Assembly (NCBI GenBank): GCA_028343435.1
Contig: JAOLYM010000001.1
Location: forward strand, 40,525-104,524
DNA length: 64,000 nt
Reading direction: 5' to 3'
Origin: Candidatus Nitrosopelagicus sp.
Lineage (GTDB): Archaea; Thermoproteota; Nitrososphaeria; Nitrososphaerales; Nitrosopumilaceae
The position numbers and the translations under genes were made by a program. Each line of letters starts with the position of its first letter. Position 1 is the stretch's first letter. The notes under the pieces were generated by a model. That model searched no databases. It saw only the letters and a list, made by a program, of their open reading frames with translations, and had not been told where the DNA came from. This document shows, piece by piece, positions 57,624 to 64,000 of this stretch.

Positions 57624-58875
57624 AATTCAAAAATCCATATTAAATGGAAGAATAGTATGTCCATCCAACAAAAGCTATACGCATCGAGCAATATTTCTTG
57701 CGGCATTATCAGATGGAAAAAGTATTGTGAAAAAAATTTTACGTTCTAATGATACACTTGCTACAATTAGTGCATGTAGAGGATTTGGGATTGAAGTGGA
57801 CGAAGTGGACGATAAAGTTACAATTAACAATACAATAGATTCAACTGTTGAAAATTCAATTATAAATGCTGAAAATTCAGGAACAACTATCAGAATTGCA
57901 ATTGCAGTTGCTGCATTATCAGGAGGTAATACAACACTTACAGGAGATGAGAGTTTGAGGAAAAGACCGATGCAGCCAATCTTAGATTCTTTAGAAACAA
58001 TGGGTGTAAAAACTGAATCAGATGAGGGACGACCACCAATACACATCAATGGAAAAATTGAAGGTAATGAAATCAGTATAAAAGGAGAAATTTCTAGTCA
58101 ATTCATATCAGCATTAATGATAATTGCACCAAGATTACCAAGAGGGCTAACAATTAATGTTGAAGGCGAATTAGTATCAAAACCATATGTCGATTTAACA
58201 ATTGCAATTATGAAAAAATTTGGTGTAAAAGTAAACACCGAAAAAAAATATAAAAAATATCAAATTGAACATCAAATTTACAAACCAACCACATTTTCGA
58301 TTCCGTCAGACTTTTCTAATTTAGCACTATTGTTAGCAGCTAATGTATTATTAGGAGATGGTCTAACTATCGAGATAAATTTAGGAGATATGCCTCAAGG
58401 TGATGAAGCAATTGTAGATATTTTAGAAAAATTAGGAGTGAATGTCACATTAGAAGATGACATCATAACAACAAAATCTCCGATATTATTGAAAGGTGGG
58501 AAATTTGATTTGTCCAATACTCCTGATCTCTTACCTGCAATAGCAATTCTAGCATTAAAATCAGAAAAACCAATTGAATTGTTTAATGTAAAACATGCAA
58601 GATACAAAGAGACAGATAGAATAGCAATAATGTCAAGAGAATTAAAAAAAATAGGATTACACGTAGAAGAAAAAGAGGATGGAATGATCTTGAGAAAATC
58701 AGAAGAGATACATTCTTCAGAACTAAATTCAGAAAATGATCATAGGTTATTTATGGCATTTTCAATAGCAGGAATGTTCATTGGAGATTGTACAGTTTCA
58801 GATCCTGATGCAATAAAAGTTTCATATCCAGAATTTATTTCAGATATGAAAAATGTTGGTGCAAATTTTAAATAA
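57613..58875 (+). CDS. aroA: 3-phosphoshikimate 1-carboxyvinyltransferase (EPSP synthase)
   Basis: KSYTHR, NSGTT, SSQFIS, KETDR, DHR. Confidence 0.95.
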   Translation: MNCKIQKSILNGRIVCPSNKSYTHRAIFLAALSDGKSIVKKILRSNDTLATISACRGFGIEVDEVDDKVTINNTIDSTVENSIINAENSGTTIRIAIAVAALSGGNTTLTGDESLRKRPMQPILDSLETMGVKTESDEGRPPIHINGKIEGNEISIKGEISSQFISALMIIAPRLPRGLTINVEGELVSKPYVDLTIAIMKKFGVKVNTEKKYKKYQIEHQIYKPTTFSIPSDFSNLALLLAANVLLGDGLTIEINLGDMPQGDEAIVDILEKLGVNVTLEDDIITTKSPILLKGGKFDLSNTPDLLPAIAILALKSEKPIELFNVKHARYKETDRIAIMSRELKKIGLHVEEKEDGMILRKSEEIHSSELNSENDHRLFMAFSIAGMFIGDCTVSDPDAIKVSYPEFISDMKNVGANFK

Positions 58876-58877
58876 AA

Positions 58878-59696
58878 TTACGTTCCAAGTTTAATATCAC
58901 TGCTACAAATTGATTTAATTGTTTCAATTGCAGATAAAATTGCAAGTCTACTTGTACGAGGATTACTAGAATCAGGAACATTTTCAATTTTAGTGGTAAT
59001 TTGACCAAATTTTCCACGAGCTATGATCTCATGTGTGTTTTTAGTAGTATTTGGATCAGCAATGATTTTTACAATTGTTTCATGACTTCCTAATCCAGAA
59101 AGACTAAGCAAAGCAGAAACATTGATATTTTTTGGAAATAATCTTACAGCTTCACTAGCAGTACCTTCAAAAATTGTAGATATTTCTTTAATCTCATTAA
59201 GATTTATTTTAAAGTGATCAAAAAATTTTGCACCTTTTAGTGAGTTAGGATGTTTTGTAGTAGTTAAAACAACTGAATCAAGTTCACCTTTTACAGATTT
59301 TATTGCATCAATTCCAGATATTGCACCAGATGGAACATAAACTGTTTTTTTTAACTCTCTACATGCATCAGAAATTATTTCAAATACAGATTCATCTAAC
59401 AAAGCGCCACTACTCATAATTACCATATCTTTTCTATTTTGAAGTATACTTAATGCATTATCACTAACTGCATCTTGAGAAGCAGCTTCAACTATCAGAT
59501 CAACTGGATTTGAGGACAAAAGATGTACATTTTCAACAACGACAGGTTTGTTTTTTAATTTACTAACAAGAGAAGCAGATTTTTCTTTATCTTCATCAAA
59601 AATATGAGTTAATTTTGCAGGGATTATTCCGGTATCAATTGCAATTGCAATTTGTGTACCGATTGAACCACACCCAAGCAAGCCAATTCTTTTCAT
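58878..59696 (-). CDS. nadX: L-aspartate dehydrogenase
   Basis: GCGSIG, VEAAS, PSGAI, FPKNINV, NPRTS. Confidence 0.92.
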   Translation of the reverse strand: MKRIGLLGCGSIGTQIAIAIDTGIIPAKLTHIFDEDKEKSASLVSKLKNKPVVVENVHLLSSNPVDLIVEAASQDAVSDNALSILQNRKDMVIMSSGALLDESVFEIISDACRELKKTVYVPSGAISGIDAIKSVKGELDSVVLTTTKHPNSLKGAKFFDHFKINLNEIKEISTIFEGTASEAVRLFPKNINVSALLSLSGLGSHETIVKIIADPNTTKNTHEIIARGKFGQITTKIENVPDSSNPRTSRLAILSAIETIKSICSSDIKLGT

Positions 59697-59776
59697 GTAT
59701 AATTTTTAATTGAATTTTGTAAATAAACTCTAAGTTTATGCGTATAACGATTATAAGCATCATAGACGATATTTGA

Positions 59777-60874
59777 TTGTTGAACGGTAATTCAATTGGC
59801 AGAAGACTAGTTCTCACTAGTTTTGGTGAGAGTCATGGGAAATGTATTGGTTCAGTTTTAGATGGCTGCCCAGCAGGTCTGGAATTAGAAGAAAATGACA
59901 TTCAAAAAATGCTAGATTTAAGAAAGCCTGGACAATCACTTGTTTCCACACAAAGAAAAGAAGGAGATGTAGTAGAGATTCTTACAGGTACTTTCAGAGG
60001 ATACACTACAGGAGCTCCAATTACTATGATTATTTGGAATAAAGATCAAAAATCAATAGCATATGAAAAATTAAGGACTGAAATGCGTCCAGGACATTCC
60101 GATTATCCAGCATATATGAAATATAAAAAATTCAATGATCACAGAGGAGGAGGGAGATTTTCAGGAAGATTAACTGCAACACATGTTATGGGCGGGGCAA
60201 TTGCTAGAAAATTATTAAAAGATACAATTGGAGTGGAAACAAATTCTTACACATCACAGATTGGAAAAATAAAAATGAAAAAAGAAGCTACTAAAAAAGA
60301 ATTTAAATCTATTTATACAAATGATGTAAGATGTCCTGAAAAAAATACAGCACAAAAAATGAAGAGTGTTATTTTAGGTGCTAGAAAAAAAGGGGATTCA
60401 CTTGGTGGAATAATAGAATCCATAACTACTAATTTACCAGTAGGTTTAGGAGAACCAATTTTTGGTTCATTAGAGTCAGACATAAGTAAAGCAATTTTTT
60501 CAATTCCAGCAGTTAAAGGAATAGAATTTGGTTCAGGTTTTAGAGGTTCTGAGAAATTTGGTTCAGAAAATAATGATGCATATGTAATGAAGGGAGGAAA
60601 AATTTCAACGAAAACCAATAATTCAGGAGGAATTTTAGGAGGTATTTCAAATGGCATGCCAATTACACTTAGAATTGCATTCAAACCGGCATCATCAATC
60701 TCTCAAATTCAAGAGAGTGTTGACATAAGAAAGAAAAAATCAATAAAATTACAAGTAGGAGGAAGACATGATCCATGCGTAGTGCCACGTGCTCCACCAG
60801 TAGTTGATTCATTAATTGCATTAACCATAGCAGATCATGCACTACTGAGTGGTTCCATAAAACCAACATTATGA
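59777..60874 (+). CDS. aroC: Chorismate synthase
   Basis: FGESHG, RPGHSD, GGGRFSGR, GGISNG, GRHDPC. Confidence 0.96.
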   Translation: MLNGNSIGRRLVLTSFGESHGKCIGSVLDGCPAGLELEENDIQKMLDLRKPGQSLVSTQRKEGDVVEILTGTFRGYTTGAPITMIIWNKDQKSIAYEKLRTEMRPGHSDYPAYMKYKKFNDHRGGGRFSGRLTATHVMGGAIARKLLKDTIGVETNSYTSQIGKIKMKKEATKKEFKSIYTNDVRCPEKNTAQKMKSVILGARKKGDSLGGIIESITTNLPVGLGEPIFGSLESDISKAIFSIPAVKGIEFGSGFRGSEKFGSENNDAYVMKGGKISTKTNNSGGILGGISNGMPITLRIAFKPASSISQIQESVDIRKKKSIKLQVGGRHDPCVVPRAPPVVDSLIALTIADHALLSGSIKPTL

Positions 60875-62232
60875 AAATGACCGAACTAGATGAATTAAGA
60901 AAAAGAATCGAAACAATTACAATTGAAATGTTATCTCTCCTAAAAACAAGAACAGAGATTGCACAGAAAATTGGTAAAATAAAAAATCAAGAAGGAATGA
61001 GTGTATCAAACGAATCTAGAGAAGATGAACTTAGAGAATTAATAAAAAAACAATGTCAAGAGATTGATTTTGACTCAAATACAGCACTGAAATTCTTAAA
61101 TTTTTTATTAAATGAATCAGTAAAAGTCCAATCTTTAGAATCAAATACACATTTAGCAGTTTTTCTTAAAGCAAAAGAATTAGAATTACAAGGTAAAAAA
61201 ATTATTCACTTAGAAGTAGGCGAACCTGATTTTCAGCCTCCGCTAAATGTAAAAAAATCATTATCAGAAGTATATGATAAAGGATTTGGAAAATACGGTC
61301 CAGCTAAAGGTTTGCCAGAATTTAGAATAAAATTAGCAGAAATTGTAAATAATAATTTTGGTGCTAAAGTAGATTTAGAAAATATAATGGTCACACCGGG
61401 TGCTAGGTTCGGTGTTTTTCTTGCAATATCCACACTATTAGATCCAAGTGATGAAATTATAGTCATAGAACCGGCATGGCCAGCATATAGACAATGTGCA
61501 ATAAACTCAGGAATCAAAGTGAGAAGTATTAAAACAACATTAGAGAATAATTGGGAACCGGATCTTGAAGAGATTACTTCATGTATAAATGAAAATACAA
61601 AGATGATTGTACTTAATTATCCAAATAATCCTACTGGAAAAATTTTACCTAAAATATTACAAGATAAAATTGTAGAAATTGCTAAAGAAAATAATTTGTA
61701 TATTCTAAGTGATGAAATTTATAGTAATTATTCAAATGCAGAATGGAATAGTATTTTATCATATAATTATGAAAAAACAATTGTTACACAATCATTTTCA
61801 AAATCACATTCCATGACAGGTTATAGAATTGGATATTTAATTTCCAATAAAAATATAATTGAAAAATTAACAAAGTTACAAGCACTTTGTTTAACAAATG
61901 TTTCAGAACCAATTCAGTATGTAGCAATGAAATCATTGAATGATGATGTGACAGTGAATACAGAAATTATGAATTCGAGGTTAACAAAATTAGAAGAGAT
62001 ATGTAAAACTATGGAATTAGAGTTTATGAGACCTGATGGTGCAATGTATATTTTTGCACGTACAAAAAATCCAATTAATACTTCAGAATTATCAGAAGAA
62101 TTGTTAAATCATGGAGTGGCAATAGCTCCAGGAATTGGGTTTGGCGACTATAATGAATTTTTCAGAATATCTGCATGTTTAGATATAAAAACACTAATTG
62201 AAGGCATGGACATATTAAAAACTAGGTTATAG
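60871..62232 (+). CDS. Chorismate mutase (AroQ) fused to class I/II aminotransferase
   Basis: N-terminal LDELRKRI...RE; then VGEPDF, NYPNNPTG, SDEIY, SFSKSHSMTGYRIG. Confidence 0.87.
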   Translation: MKMTELDELRKRIETITIEMLSLLKTRTEIAQKIGKIKNQEGMSVSNESREDELRELIKKQCQEIDFDSNTALKFLNFLLNESVKVQSLESNTHLAVFLKAKELELQGKKIIHLEVGEPDFQPPLNVKKSLSEVYDKGFGKYGPAKGLPEFRIKLAEIVNNNFGAKVDLENIMVTPGARFGVFLAISTLLDPSDEIIVIEPAWPAYRQCAINSGIKVRSIKTTLENNWEPDLEEITSCINENTKMIVLNYPNNPTGKILPKILQDKIVEIAKENNLYILSDEIYSNYSNAEWNSILSYNYEKTIVTQSFSKSHSMTGYRIGYLISNKNIIEKLTKLQALCLTNVSEPIQYVAMKSLNDDVTVNTEIMNSRLTKLEEICKTMELEFMRPDGAMYIFARTKNPINTSELSEELLNHGVAIAPGIGFGDYNEFFRISACLDIKTLIEGMDILKTRL

Positions 62233-62239
62233 ATGTAGA

Positions 62240-63091
62240 ATGGCTAAAACAATTGCAATAATCGGGGCAGGGGGTGCTATGGGTCTATGGTTTTCAGAAT
62301 ATTTTTCAAAAAAAGGTTTTGAGGTTACAGGTTTTGACAATACAAATCCAGTCGCAAAAAATATTAAAAAAGCGGAATCATTGATTAGTGCTATTTTGAA
62401 TGTTGATTATGTTCTATTATCAACACCAACAAAGAAAACACCTGAAATTATCAGACTAATAGCAAAAGAAATGAAAAGAGAATCATTTCTAATAGATATA
62501 ACTTCACAAAAATCAAAAACAGCTGCAGCGTTAGGAAAAATTCCTGCTAAAGTTTCACCGATTTGTATGCATCCAATGTTTGGTCCAGGCGCAAAAAATC
62601 TAAAAAATCATAATATTGTTTTAATTCCAATAAAAGATGGAAAAAAAGAACTCAATATTGCAAAGAGTCTTTTCCCAGATGGCAATTTTGTAACAATTGA
62701 TTCAACAGAACATGATAAAAAAATTGCAATGATTCTTGGGTTAACCCATTTAATCAATATTGCATTTGCAAATATCTTGGCAAAAGATAGTAAAATATCA
62801 CTTACAGAAAAAATGTCAGGAACTACATTCAAAGCTCAAAAAATTCTAGCAGAGAGCATAATGACAGAATCACCAGAACTAATTGAAACTATAATATCAA
62901 ATCCAGAAATTAGGAAAGTTGCAGAAGAGTTTTGGAAAGATGTAGGAAGATTGTTAACATCGGCACAAGAAGGTAAAGGAGAGGAAATTATAGAATATAT
63001 TAAAACAAACAAAGAAAAAATTTCGCAAAATGTTGACCTAGAAAAATCCTATAAAAAACTAACAAAAATGGTCAATACCATTGATAAATAA
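62240..63091 (+). CDS. tyrA: Prephenate/arogenate dehydrogenase
   Basis: IIGAGGAMG, DITSQK, HPMFGP, EHD, GLTH. Confidence 0.9.
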   Translation: MAKTIAIIGAGGAMGLWFSEYFSKKGFEVTGFDNTNPVAKNIKKAESLISAILNVDYVLLSTPTKKTPEIIRLIAKEMKRESFLIDITSQKSKTAAALGKIPAKVSPICMHPMFGPGAKNLKNHNIVLIPIKDGKKELNIAKSLFPDGNFVTIDSTEHDKKIAMILGLTHLINIAFANILAKDSKISLTEKMSGTTFKAQKILAESIMTESPELIETIISNPEIRKVAEEFWKDVGRLLTSAQEGKGEEIIEYIKTNKEKISQNVDLEKSYKKLTKMVNTIDK

Positions 63092-63495
63092 TGCATAAGA
63101 CAAAAATTGTTACCGCATTTTTAACAAACTCAGATAAAATTTTACTCTTAAAACGAAGTCAAAAAGTAAAGAGTATGAAAAATCTATGGGCAGGAATTAG
63201 TGGCATAATAGAAGGAAATGAAAAACCAGTTAAACGTGCAAAAATCGAGGTTTATGAAGAAGTTGGAATTGATGAATCAAACATAAAATTAATTAAAGAA
63301 GGGGATGTGATTTTAATTGAATCTCCACAGTATGAAAATCATCAGTGGGAAGTTTATCCATTTTTATTTTCTTGTGATATTAGAGAGATTAAATTGAATT
63401 GGGAAAATTCAGATTCAAAATGGATTAACGTAAATGAATTAAACGATTTCACAACGGTTCCAAGTCTTGATAAAGTATTAACTAGATTGTTCTAA
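63091..63495 (+). CDS. NUDIX hydrolase
   Basis: WAGISG..E...A..EVYEEVG Nudix-like box, LNWEN. Confidence 0.82.
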   Translation: MHKTKIVTAFLTNSDKILLLKRSQKVKSMKNLWAGISGIIEGNEKPVKRAKIEVYEEVGIDESNIKLIKEGDVILIESPQYENHQWEVYPFLFSCDIREIKLNWENSDSKWINVNELNDFTTVPSLDKVLTRLF

Positions 63496-64000
63496 TTTTT
63501 CAGGATCTTTTTCATATTTTCTCTGTTGTGGCAACATGAGATACACACATGCGCCACCACACATAGTACAGGGCACATTGTTTCCAGGATGCTGACCAGT
63601 TCTTCCGTGAATTTTAGCCGCTTGTTCAGGATCAATGGATAATGCCAATTGTTTTTCCCAATCTAATGTTCTTCGGGCTTCAGTCATCTTCATGTCCCAT
63701 TTGATTGCTTTTTCTCTCAATTTTACAAGATCACCAGCGTGTGCAGCAATACGGTACGCAATCAGACCTGCTTTTACTTCCTCAGCATTAGGCAGAGCAA
63801 GATGTTCGGAAGGAGTCAGATAACACAAAAGATCAACACCTTCACTAGCAGACACTGCAGCGCCAATTGCACTTGCAATATGATCATGTCCAGATGCAAT
63901 ATCAGTCACCAAAGGTCCTAAAACATAGTAAGGAACATCACCAATGAGTGATTTTGCCAGTCTAACATTTGCAGCAACTTCATTTAATGGAACATGCCCA
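63478..64000 (-). CDS. thiC: Phosphomethylpyrimidine synthase ThiC, 3' part (runs off window end)
   Basis: GHVP...YVLGPLVTDIA, CYLTPSEHL, CTMCGGAC; frame stays open to 64000. Confidence 0.93.
   Translation of the reverse strand, partial: GHVPLNEVAANVRLAKSLIGDVPYYVLGPLVTDIASGHDHIASAIGAAVSASEGVDLLCYLTPSEHLALPNAEEVKAGLIAYRIAAHAGDLVKLREKAIKWDMKMTEARRTLDWEKQLALSIDPEQAAKIHGRTGQHPGNNVPCTMCGGACVYLMLPQQRKYEKDPEKLEQSS

Noticed and set aside
1-64000. Mobile elements, prophage, defence systems, rRNA
   Set aside because: No transposase, integrase, capsid, restriction-modification or rRNA signatures were recognised; no att-like duplication of the tRNA-Arg 3' end was seen

Overview
A 64 kb, AT-rich, gene-dense chromosomal segment of a marine ammonia-oxidising archaeon (Nitrososphaerota/Thaumarchaeota, Nitrosopumilaceae-like). 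The assignment rests on the thaumarchaeosortase, IPxWVxNxAxWW-repeat protein, plastocyanin-like proteins and archaeal information genes. Most of the window is housekeeping: proS, smc, ino1, Alba, dinB, nreA, a DEAD-box helicase, truD, pth2, EF-1beta, CDC48, cyoE, H+-PPase, Mrp, rpo7/spt4, nadA/nadC/nadX, tRNA-Arg(GCG), ubiD/mqnC, an archaeal shikimate-to-tyrosine cluster and a partial thiC. No transposase, integrase or CRISPR array was seen. The standout locus is 46.0-49.2 kb. It holds four co-oriented paralogous, modular, low-complexity genes (296, 55, 52 and 264 aa; the two short ones are absent from the ORF track), all ending in PKG(F/W)...AKANTGH-stop. They carry shuffled GPH(G/A)HDEKP modules, three share a 17-bp palindrome over the stop codon, and a picocyanobacterial IsiB-type flavodoxin sits inside the array. 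I also found a canonical box C/D guide sRNA (40174-40227, minus strand) and several small ORFs missed by the ORF track. All product calls come from reading motifs and recalling families; no database searches were run.
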